A stretch of DNA of 63,846 nt, the filler included, from an uncultured bacterium (lineage in GTDB: Bacteria > CAZSTA01), in NCBI GenBank assembly GCA_964609495.1. It is 7 parts of 7 records of this genome, joined end to end, with 100 filler letters (N's around TTAATTAATTAA, not from the genome) between each part and the next. Parts side by side here need not be neighbours in the genome. Positions count along the whole stretch, not along the records: positions 28,458 to 37,803 come from CAZSTA010000146.1; positions 37,904 to 47,183 come from CAZSTA010000147.1; 5 more parts are not named here. The stretch is one strand, 5' to 3'. The position numbers and the translations under genes are program-made. Under the pieces are notes generated by a model. The model saw only the letters and a list, made by a program, of their open reading frames with translations, did no database searches and was not told where the DNA came from. Positions 29,861 through 38,388 of this stretch are shown here, piece after piece (position 1 is the stretch's first letter; each line of letters opens with the position of its first letter).

Positions 29861-31462
29861 TCACTCCCACTCGCCTCCAGCTTTCTTTCCATCAAAGCTA
29901 TGAGAAGCTGATCTCGCCCTACTTTTAGCCCAATCCCTCAATCCCTCTATCTCCTCCTTCATCATTTGAGATAAAGGTATCGTTTCCTCTATACTCCTTA
30001 AGATATCATCCATTATCAGATCCCGATCCGCATCGAAAGCGTCATAAAGGGAAGATATTATAGCCTGCTCTATCTCCGCTCCCGAGAATCCCTCAGTTCT
30101 CTCCGCCAGTAGTGGCAAGTCGAATTTGGCTGGATCTCTACCTCTCTTCCTGAGGTGAATATCGAATATCTCCACCCTTTCCTCCTGCCTCGGCAGATCG
30201 ACGAAGAAGATCTCATCGAATCTTCCTCTCCTCAAAAGCTCAGGAGGCAGTTGGGAAACATTATTGACGGTGGCGATTACGAAGACGGGTGATTTCTTCT
30301 CCTGAAGCCAGGTGATGAAAGTCCCGAAGACTCGGGAGGTGGTTCCTGCATCGGAATAGGAGGAAGATTGAGTCCCCGCCAATCCCTTATCCATCTCATC
30401 CAACCACATAACGGTAGGGGCTATCGATTCGGCGACCTTTATCGCCTTGCGTATATTTTCCTCAGAGGCTCCAACTATTCCTCCGAATATCTTCCCCATA
30501 TCAAGTCGAAGAAGGGGCAGGCGCCACAATCCAGCTACCGATTTGGCTACCAGCGATTTTCCACATCCCATAACTCCTACTAACAAAATTCCTTTAGGTT
30601 GAGGAAGACCAAACTTTCTAGCTTTCTCCGTGAAAGCCTTAGCCCTCTTCTTCAACCAATCCTTAAGAACCTCTACCCCTCCCACCTCGGCAAAGGTATC
30701 CGAGGAATGATAATACTCTAGTATCCCTGATTTTCTAATTATCTGCTCCTTTTCAGCTAAGATTATATCAACATCGAAGTGCCCCTTTTGGATCAGGGAT
30801 TTAGCGAAGACACTTTCCGCCTCTCTAGCTGTCAATCCCAAAGCGGCCTTTAGAATACGCTCTCTCTTGTGGGGCTCTAAATTAACATCTACATTTTTAT
30901 TATCCCTCATAATCTGGATTATCCCCTCTAAAGAGCCATCCAGATATTCCAACCTGGGAAGATCATAGTCGATAACCGTTATCTCCTTCTCCAACTCTAG
31001 GGGAAGTTTCAAGGTGGGAGATAGGATGATCAAAGTTTTATAAGTTTCCCGCAAAGCCTCGGTAAGATCTCTTAAACGCCTAATTACGGCTGAATCGGAG
31101 AGATAAGGATGAAAATCTTTTAGTAAGAACAGAACCTCTTGCTCATTTGAACGTAAAATATAGTCTAATACCTTTATAGGGTCACGCGTCGGGTGTTCCT
31201 TCCTAACTTTATAGGAGGCGTTCTTGATACCATCGGTGTAGGTCCAGACGTATAATTTCTTTTTCAGTTTATCCGCGATCTTCCCCAGAGAACTCTCGAC
31301 CCTCTTCTCCTCCCAAGACACTATGTATAACAGGGGATACCTGGCTTTGATAAGGATCTTAAGTTCTTTGTCCGCCCTCTCCTCCCCAGTTTTCTCTGTA
31401 ATATCTAACTCCCCTGAAAAGGGGGATAAATCTAGGGTATCCTCCTCAATCTCCACTCCCAT
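29861..31462 (-). CDS. Ycf46-like AAA+ ATPase
   Basis: [63 protein letters not shown]. Confidence 0.92.
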   Translation of the reverse strand: MGVEIEEDTLDLSPFSGELDITEKTGEERADKELKILIKARYPLLYIVSWEEKRVESSLGKIADKLKKKLYVWTYTDGIKNASYKVRKEHPTRDPIKVLDYILRSNEQEVLFLLKDFHPYLSDSAVIRRLRDLTEALRETYKTLIILSPTLKLPLELEKEITVIDYDLPRLEYLDGSLEGIIQIMRDNKNVDVNLEPHKRERILKAALGLTAREAESVFAKSLIQKGHFDVDIILAEKEQIIRKSGILEYYHSSDTFAEVGGVEVLKDWLKKRAKAFTEKARKFGLPQPKGILLVGVMGCGKSLVAKSVAGLWRLPLLRLDMGKIFGGIVGASEENIRKAIKVAESIAPTVMWLDEMDKGLAGTQSSSYSDAGTTSRVFGTFITWLQEKKSPVFVIATVNNVSQLPPELLRRGRFDEIFFVDLPRQEERVEIFDIHLRKRGRDPAKFDLPLLAERTEGFSGAEIEQAIISSLYDAFDADRDLIMDDILRSIEETIPLSQMMKEEIEGLRDWAKSRARSASHSFDGKKAGGEWE

Positions 31463-31510
31463 AATAGATCACACCTCTATCTCGTCATATCAGACGCCCA
31501 GCAGCTATTT

Positions 31511-32527
31511 TTACCTCTCCTCTTCACGCCTCATGAATTCGCCTGGATTTAAGAGAAGATTATCGCTCGAGGGGACAACTAATAATTGCACGTCCTCAGC
31601 CAACTTATTGATCCACATATACTGAAGAAGTTCGGGATTATTTTTGACGATCTCATTGATCCTCTTGAAGGCATCGACCTCTCCCCTAGCCTCGATCAAT
31701 CTCGCCTCAGCTTCCTTCTCCCTCTGCTGTTTAACATATTCCAGTCTCTTAATCTCTTGCTTAGCCTCGGCTTCCTTCTCCAGAGCTTGCATAAAATCAC
31801 TGGGAAAAGAGAATTCCTGAATCAAAGTCTTATCACATATTAACCACTTTTCGGCCAGACGATTAGCTAATTCGATAAAGATTCTTTCCTGAATATTAGC
31901 CCTTTCCTTGCTGTATATATCAAAGACCTTATATCGGGAGGTTACCATCCTAACAACGTTAAGAATCTCCGGATTTATTATCTTCTCCTCATAATTACTA
32001 CCCACTTTTTTATGGATATCAGGCAACTTTTCGGGATCTAAGCGGTAGAAGACCGAGATATCAACCCCCACCTTTAGCCCATCTGCGGTGGTAGCCCAAA
32101 TCCAACTATCCTCTTCTTCCTTCTTCCCGGTCCCTCTCTCAGCAATCTCCTTAGTCCCCTTACCCTTCGAGATCGAATAATTTTGAATGCGGACATCATA
32201 CCTAGTGACTTTCTCGACAAAGGGGAGGATGAAATGGACCCCCTCTCCTAGGGTCTCACCAGATACCCCATACCACATATTGAATATGACGCCTCTCTTC
32301 CCAGGCTCAATTACCACCATGCTAGGCAGGAGAACGAATATAAGAAAGAGGAAAATTACAAGCAAGGGAAGATATCTTCGGAAGGGTGAGAGATCAAGGC
32401 TGGATCTAGAAGCGGTGTCGGTTGGCCCTCTTCGCCTCCTCTCGAGGCTGTTAAGATATCGAGCAACTAAGAAACCTATCGAGGCTATAAATAATATTAT
32501 GAATATTGCACTTGCCATAATCGTCAT
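31511..32527 (-). CDS. SPFH/prohibitin family membrane protein
   Basis: Two TM segments, PG.RGV.F, EG.HF..PF, TADGL.V.VD, C-terminal coiled coil. Confidence 0.9.
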   Translation of the reverse strand: MTIMASAIFIILFIASIGFLVARYLNSLERRRRGPTDTASRSSLDLSPFRRYLPLLVIFLFLIFVLLPSMVVIEPGKRGVIFNMWYGVSGETLGEGVHFILPFVEKVTRYDVRIQNYSISKGKGTKEIAERGTGKKEEEDSWIWATTADGLKVGVDISVFYRLDPEKLPDIHKKVGSNYEEKIINPEILNVVRMVTSRYKVFDIYSKERANIQERIFIELANRLAEKWLICDKTLIQEFSFPSDFMQALEKEAEAKQEIKRLEYVKQQREKEAEARLIEARGEVDAFKRINEIVKNNPELLQYMWINKLAEDVQLLVVPSSDNLLLNPGEFMRREEER

Positions 32528-32553
32528 CTCCGATGACTTACTACTCCATCTAT

Positions 32554-32582
32554 ATTATAACACAATAAGGGTCAACTGTCAA
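32554..32582 (-). promoter_or_regulatory. Sigma70 promoter for the SPFH-AAA operon
   Basis: TTGACA-17 bp-TATAAT with extended TG. Confidence 0.8.
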
Positions 32583-32598
32583 TCTAAATTATCTCAAA

Positions 32599-33750
32599 TT
32601 ATGAGATACCTATCATCTCAATTGCCTTTTGGGGACAAAGCTCTACACACAATCCACAACCATCACACTTATCGGAGATGTAATAGGCTTGCTCATCCTT
32701 CCTCGGAGCCTGATAGATACATACTCGGGCGCATATACCGCAGGAAGTGCATCTATCCGCATTTATCGAGGCTCTCCTAGTATGCCTTCTATCAACTTCC
32801 CTCAATCCTAATATCCTGTTACACACCGAACCTCTGAACTCGTCTATAGTTTCGTATCCTTTCCTCTCCATCCATTGTGTCAATTCGCAATTGAATTTCT
32901 CTATGACCTCGTAGCCCCTCATTATGATAGCGGTGCAAATCTGAACAGTAGTCGCTCCTGCTAAGAGATATTTCACCACATCATTGCCAGATGATACCCC
33001 CCCACTGCCGCTTATGGGAATCGAGAGGACCGGTGAGATGGCACTTATCCAGCGTAGGGGATACTGAATAGCCCAGGGACCTCCGTGTCCAGCATATCCC
33101 TTGTGCATCACTGGTTCTTCAAGTTCTGTATCTATCTCCAATCCAGTTAGGCGATTAAAGATAACCACCGCGGAAGCTCCAGCCGCCTCCAGACTCTTAG
33201 AGACCGCCAGGGGATTAGTGGATTGAGGAGTCTGCTTTGGAATCAGGGGAAGAGAGGTGTTTTGCCCGACTAATTTAGTGGTATCGACCATTTCTCCGAT
33301 AACATCTCGATCAGACATTATAATCGGGCCGTGAGGACAGGAGAGATTCAACTCCAGGGCAGACGCCCCCGCCTCCTCCACAAGCTTGGCATAGGAGACC
33401 CATCCCTCCTCAGTTGAACAGCTTATACTAGCGATAACTGGTATCTCCAATTCCCTCTTCGCTCTCGCTATCTCCTCCGCATACTCCTCTGGTCCATATT
33501 CACTTGCCTGCTCATAAGAGTAAAGGGAGAAATTTCTATAATTCGCAAGGTTATGACGTATGATCTTGAATCTAGGAGTGGGAGAGATTCTAGTTACCTC
33601 TTCCTCGAAGAGAGTCTTGACCACCACCGCCCCGACTCCCTTATCCTCAGCCTTCTTCATCCTCTCCACCGTTCCCGTTGTCCCAGCAGGAGCGGCTATA
33701 ATAGGATTCCTTAACTTTAACCCCACGTAGTTCGTCGTTAGATCGATCAT
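32599..33750 (-). CDS. Dihydroorotate/dihydropyrimidine dehydrogenase (PreA-like) flavoprotein with C-terminal 2x[4Fe-4S] domain
   Basis: LRNPIIAA, VVKT, ELNLSCPH, SGSGGV, AGATTVQICT; two CxxCxxCxxxC motifs. Confidence 0.85.
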   Translation of the reverse strand: MIDLTTNYVGLKLRNPIIAAPAGTTGTVERMKKAEDKGVGAVVVKTLFEEEVTRISPTPRFKIIRHNLANYRNFSLYSYEQASEYGPEEYAEEIARAKRELEIPVIASISCSTEEGWVSYAKLVEEAGASALELNLSCPHGPIIMSDRDVIGEMVDTTKLVGQNTSLPLIPKQTPQSTNPLAVSKSLEAAGASAVVIFNRLTGLEIDTELEEPVMHKGYAGHGGPWAIQYPLRWISAISPVLSIPISGSGGVSSGNDVVKYLLAGATTVQICTAIIMRGYEVIEKFNCELTQWMERKGYETIDEFRGSVCNRILGLREVDRRHTRRASINADRCTSCGICARVCIYQAPRKDEQAYYISDKCDGCGLCVELCPQKAIEMIGIS

Positions 33751-33761
33751 CGAAGATCTCC

Positions 33762-34616
33762 TTACAAATTTTCAATATTTTCCACATAATATTCAAAGGG
33801 GCAATCGGGAATGAGCCCTTCTTCCCTCAATTTATCAGATATGTCTTGATAGAGCTTCTTCAGAATTTCCAATCTCCTCTTAACATCATCTTCACTGAGG
33901 GATCTCGATAACAGTCCCTCCTCAATTCGCTCTCGATAATTGGCGGGTAGCCATGGTAGGGAGTAAGAGCGGTAAAGTTTCCTATATTCCCAAGGCATGA
34001 AGATTCGGTTATAAGCATAAAGACTCTCTAATATCTCATCCACTGCTATATTTAATAAGTAATGAGCTTGCAGGGCTCCTCCCCTCTCTATCCACATCAT
34101 AAGACGCCACTCGGTCAAGTAGTAATCTATTCTGATCTCATTCTCGATCAGGCGATCTAACCTGAGCTTTTCTGGATACACCAATTTATCATTTAACAGT
34201 TCTCTAATCTGTCCCTCGCGGTCAAAGATTATTATTCCCTCTGCTAATTCGCTCTTCTCCGCTTCCTTCCATTCTCTTCTCCTCTCCTTCTCAAGGTCTA
34301 ATCTCTTAGCATCGATCTGAACGCCTGGATGTTCATCCCATATAGAGAAATATTCCCTTGTCTTTGGGTCCCATATAAACTCATGAGGCATAATGTCCTT
34401 CCTAAAAGGGTTGAGAAATACCGTGATATCTATATCCGAATCCTCTCTCGCGTCCCCGGTAGCCACACTTCCAGTTAAGACCACCCCTCTAACCCCGGGA
34501 TGTCCCTCTAACTCGGTGTGGATATAATTCTCGAGCTGTTCCCTCTTTCTCAGAATGTGTTCTTTGCTCCTACGCTCATCCGTCATACTGCCCCTTCCCC
34601 CTAAGATATTCCTCAT
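33762..34616 (-). CDS. Nucleotidyltransferase domain protein with helical C-terminal domain
   Basis: GSVATG...DSDID (pol-beta-family GS and DxD motifs). Confidence 0.8.
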   Translation of the reverse strand: MRNILGGRGSMTDERRSKEHILRKREQLENYIHTELEGHPGVRGVVLTGSVATGDAREDSDIDITVFLNPFRKDIMPHEFIWDPKTREYFSIWDEHPGVQIDAKRLDLEKERRREWKEAEKSELAEGIIIFDREGQIRELLNDKLVYPEKLRLDRLIENEIRIDYYLTEWRLMMWIERGGALQAHYLLNIAVDEILESLYAYNRIFMPWEYRKLYRSYSLPWLPANYRERIEEGLLSRSLSEDDVKRRLEILKKLYQDISDKLREEGLIPDCPFEYYVENIENL

Positions 34617-35061
34617 AAAAATATCGGGGAGACTAGTCCAATCGCTTTATACTAACATTATTATACTTCATCGATCTAATGATGTCAACTTGAAAAATAC
34701 TAGTAATTTTCTCCTACTCTACATCATAGTATCAGAACTATCGCAATACGAAGTATAGACTAAATAGAATATATAACCCTACGAATGAATTCGTAGGGCA
34801 GTGATCACATATCCAGTTTTACTCACCACTTTCAACCTCACCTCCTCTAGTCTCGTCTATCTCTATGGATATTATAACTCAAAATTTACATAATAGCAAG
34901 TGCCATAATCCCGCTCCTACAGTAGATTTTTGGTATCTTCTATCCTTGCTCTACAATCGACATAAGATGCACACAGATGCCCGTGGTTGCTTTCAAATTG
35001 ACCGGGGCATTATAAAAAAACATAGCCTTAAATCGCTTTATTTTAGCTCATATCAGTTTTA

Positions 35062-35121
35062 TCACTCTATATCTAACTCTTCATACTCTGATGTTAACAA
35101 TATTCTTTCTCTCGGCCTCAT
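35062..35121 (-). pseudogene. Possible N-terminal remnant of a second URO-D-family gene
   Basis: MRPRERILLTSEYEELD resembles the MTPRERV...HEEPD start of that family; begins 19 bp after the URO-D-like gene. Confidence 0.4.
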
Positions 35122-35140
35122 CACCTTACCACAAATAAAT

Positions 35141-36292
35141 TTAATCTTGAAGCGAGTGCCACAAATCCACTACTTTCTCAGGATTCTCTTGTTCTTCTCC
35201 GACAAGAGTATAGGCAAGGACTAAAACTCTTTTCTCTCCCTCTAAAGGCTCGAGCATTCTTTTGAAATATCCTTCTGTACTTTCCCCTTCCTTTTTAGGC
35301 CAGTGCCCGTAATAAGTCTTGCCCCTATCCAAAAGCACTTTCATTATCCTGGCATATGAAAGTTCTTGCTTTTCAGGCTCTCCAAGGTTTATGCCTTTTA
35401 CTTCAGGCAAGTCAAGCAAGGGCCCCAGCAAATAATCTGCCCTGCCACAGAAATGGGTTATCGCTCCATTGAAAGGTTTGTAAGCTTTCCTCAAATAAGG
35501 AAAAACAAACTCCTTTAATTGGGCTGGAGAGAGGAGAACAGCAGTATCTTCATTGCTCCAGACACCGCTATTGCTTAAATAAAAATTTCCATAATAAGCT
35601 TGATTCGCTGATTCTCCCGCTGATCTTTTCAGAAGAGCTGAGCCACTAATATATAATTGAGTAGCAATCCCCATTAAATGATGTACAAATCCGGGGTCAT
35701 CATAAAGATCAGTAAATATCTCATCTCCTCTTATCATATGAGCAAGGCTAAAAGGAGCCCATGTATAGTCTAAATGCACAGAAGCTTTTCCCCCCAAGGT
35801 TTCTCTAAAATAACTAATATACTCCAAGGTTTGAGGTATGAGGCCTTCTCCACTAATATCTTCTACTACTCCTGGTTCTAGCCTGCTTATTTCTTGCTTG
35901 CTTAATCTTTCTTGCAACCAAGGATCTTTATCTTCAAATACTTCTTGTTCTAGTCCCAAAGTGCTGTGTAAAAAAGCAGCACCCATTCTTGCAGCTATCG
36001 AAAGTTGGGCATCAGACCTGCTCCTAGCTGTACTTATTAAACCGAAAAGCTGTTCAAAAAGCATTTTTTTCGGGTCATAAAATTGCTCTCTAAGATTATA
36101 TTGACAGTAATTTGTGTTGGGCTGACAATATTGCTGTCTTTCTGGAATAGTCATACCATTCAAAATCAAAGGAAGATAATCTGTATCTTCACTTTTTCCG
36201 ACAGAAGCCTGCCTTTGCCTGCCTTTTTCCAAAATATCAAAATCAGGTTCAAGCAGGTTTAACACTTCTTCAATCTCAGGTTGTGGTTTCAT
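35141..36292 (-). CDS. Uroporphyrinogen decarboxylase/MtaA-like TIM-barrel protein
   Basis: PFSLAHMIRGDEIFTDLYDDP, ED...LSP...KEFVFPY, HFCG. Confidence 0.75.
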   Translation of the reverse strand: MKPQPEIEEVLNLLEPDFDILEKGRQRQASVGKSEDTDYLPLILNGMTIPERQQYCQPNTNYCQYNLREQFYDPKKMLFEQLFGLISTARSRSDAQLSIAARMGAAFLHSTLGLEQEVFEDKDPWLQERLSKQEISRLEPGVVEDISGEGLIPQTLEYISYFRETLGGKASVHLDYTWAPFSLAHMIRGDEIFTDLYDDPGFVHHLMGIATQLYISGSALLKRSAGESANQAYYGNFYLSNSGVWSNEDTAVLLSPAQLKEFVFPYLRKAYKPFNGAITHFCGRADYLLGPLLDLPEVKGINLGEPEKQELSYARIMKVLLDRGKTYYGHWPKKEGESTEGYFKRMLEPLEGEKRVLVLAYTLVGEEQENPEKVVDLWHSLQD

Positions 36293-36406
36293 TTTTTCTC
36301 TCTCCTTATCTTATTCAAATTTCTATGTTCATTTTGAGGGAAGTTTCGATCCTCTCTCCATCGAGTCTCAATTCTATTTTCAAAGATCGGATATACCTCA
36401 GCTTTG

Positions 36407-36527
36407 ATTATACAACCTCTTTTGTATCTTGTCAAGGGATTTATCAGTCCTCTAGTTCGTGGGAAGATCAATATCCATAGCTACCACAAATAGAAAAGCT
36501 CTCCTGTTAATTCAGAAGAGCTATCTT
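36407..36527 (-). repeat. Duplicated hairpin + promoter module, copy 1
   Basis: About 100 bp similar to 36855-36951; TTGACA(36435-36430)-17-TATAAT(36412-36407). Confidence 0.85.
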
Positions 36528-36560
36528 CTTTATGCAATCCTCCTCACGAAATATATACTG

Positions 36561-36806
36561 TCACCTACTTGTTACTTTGTATAAGGCGAATATAACTATC
36601 AGATAGGCAACAGTTCTAATTATGATTAAGAAAATTCTCAAAGTTTCTCTAAGTCCGAGAAGTGTTAAAAAATGAGAGAGACCAAAGATCCCGAAGGCTA
36701 TACCAATGTAAAGAGACATTTTATCTCCGCTTTTCCTATAACCTAAATAGCCTAAGATCACTATTATGATGCAAAGCACAAGATTTACCAAGATTATCGG
36801 ATCCAT
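36561..36806 (-). CDS. Small 3-TM membrane protein
   Basis: 81 aa, three hydrophobic helices, AGGAGG RBS. Confidence 0.8.
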   Translation of the reverse strand: MDPIILVNLVLCIIIVILGYLGYRKSGDKMSLYIGIAFGIFGLSHFLTLLGLRETLRIFLIIIRTVAYLIVIFALYKVTSR

Positions 36807-36832
36807 TTCCTTTCACCTCCTTTCAGAGTTTT

Positions 36833-36951
36833 ATTATATAATGAAACAAAGCTTTTGTCAAGGGATTTATCAGTCCCCCAGTTCATGGGGAGTAAATATC
36901 ATAGCTACCACAAATAGAAAAGCTCTCCTGTCAATTCAGGAGAGTTATCTT
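36833..36951 (-). repeat. Duplicated hairpin + promoter module, copy 2
   Basis: CTCTCCTG/CAGGAGAG hairpin with T-run, then TTGACA(36861-36856)-17-TATAAT(36838-36833). Confidence 0.85.
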
Positions 36952-36953
36952 TT

Positions 36954-37331
36954 CTACTTATCTCTTATCTCCTCTAGCAACTCAATAATCCTCTGGTTTT
37001 GGAGTAAGATTCGCTGATTTTGAATAAAGATATTCTTACTCATCTCCATATTGTAAACCTCTAAGGCTACATCTATCTCATAGGACTTCTGAGCATTTCG
37101 GATATCGCGATTAGTTGAATCATATAAAGAGGAAAATAGCTTACTTAGCTCCTTCACCGCATCCTGAGTAGGAAGTTTATCTAAGAGGAGTTTTAAGAAT
37201 TGATAGGTTTCGCTCTCCTCAATTGGACGGGGTGGTGGTGGTTGTCCACCAGCCGAGATCACCACCCCCAAGATCAAGCCTGCGATTAATCCAGCTACAA
37301 GATATATTATGTGCTTTCTCATAATTCTCAC
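36954..37331 (-). CDS. Hypothetical exported/membrane-anchored protein
   Basis: N-terminal hydrophobic helix, Pro-rich linker; AGGAGG RBS. Confidence 0.7.
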   Translation of the reverse strand: MRIMRKHIIYLVAGLIAGLILGVVISAGGQPPPPRPIEESETYQFLKLLLDKLPTQDAVKELSKLFSSLYDSTNRDIRNAQKSYEIDVALEVYNMEMSKNIFIQNQRILLQNQRIIELLEEIRDK

Positions 37332-37413
37332 CTCCTTTATGTCAATAAGAATCGAAGGGATTGAAGTAGATATATAAGAATATTATCAGCTGTATCACAG
37401 AAGTATTTTTTGA

Positions 37414-37803
37414 CTATTCTCTCTTTTCCTCCAAATCCTTCTTTTCTAGGCTAATCTCAAATTTTCTAAGTTCCTGTAATATCTCCTCAAGATCGGCATG
37501 CCATATTGTTCCATCTTCAAATCTGATGGCATCCACATACACAAAACCTGTCCCAAAGTTCCTAAAGGTAAAAACTGCATAAGGTCTGTGATCCCATATA
37601 CTACCATCTTGCTGGTCTATATCTAACTCAGAGATAACATATCCAGCAAACTTGTCCATAAATTCATTAAATATATTAAAAGCTCCTATTCCTAATCTAA
37701 TAGCTACAATTCTTTCCCCCGATACGTTCTTGTATCTTACAGTATGCCTAATTTGATCGGGATGTTCCCCTTTCCCACGAAATCCTTTTTCAAACTCGGC
37801 CGT
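37414..37803 (-). CDS. Hypothetical protein, 5' end beyond contig edge
   Basis: Frame open from 37803 (TAEFEKG...IRHTVRYKNVSG...FNEFMDK) into the track ORF. Confidence 0.7.
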   Translation of the reverse strand, partial: TAEFEKGFRGKGEHPDQIRHTVRYKNVSGERIVAIRLGIGAFNIFNEFMDKFAGYVISELDIDQQDGSIWDHRPYAVFTFRNFGTGFVYVDAIRFEDGTIWHADLEEILQELRKFEISLEKKDLEEKRE

Positions 37804-37903
37804 NNNNNNNNNNNNNNNNNNNNNNNNNNNNNNNNNNNNNNNNNNNNTTAATTAATTAANNNNNNNNNNNNNNNNNNNNNNNNNNNNNNNNNNNNNNNNN
37901 NNN
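37804..37903. other. Artificial contig linker
   Basis: 44 N + TTAATTAATTAA + 44 N. Confidence 0.99.
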
Positions 37904-38234
37904 GAAGTCTTCTCAGGCTATCCTCCAATTGCTCCATATACGTATCATAGTCACGACCATGATTTTTGGTCATCAGTATAACTTTATCTCTATACCCATC
38001 CCTAAGAGCTTGTCCCATTATTTCCTCGCTTCTACCGTTATGGTAACACCAGGCGTTATCGAGAAAGTTAACCCCATTATCAATAGCGGCTCGAATAATG
38101 CTAATTCCAACGTTAGGGTCAGAAGGTTTACCTATATGAAACCCACCCACGGTCAATATCGATACCTTCTCACCAGTTGAACCCAAAGGGCGATTAGGAA
38201 TAGGTTTATCAATATGTATTTTTGAATTACCCAT
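37904..38234 (-). CDS. Aldo/keto reductase, truncated by contig end
   Basis: RPLGSTG..VS, GVNFLDNAWCY..GRSEE, MTK, SLRRL. Confidence 0.9.
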
Positions 38235-38388
38235 CTTAATCCCTCCAATTAGGCTACAATGATATAAACTAATCTTCGAAAAGAGCCTGAGATTATCTTA
38301 GAAATCCTCGCTCTTCCCTCATTTTCTTAATATCTTAACAAACTATTTCCTATATGTCAAGACCTCTTTTTCATTTCCCATAACAACC

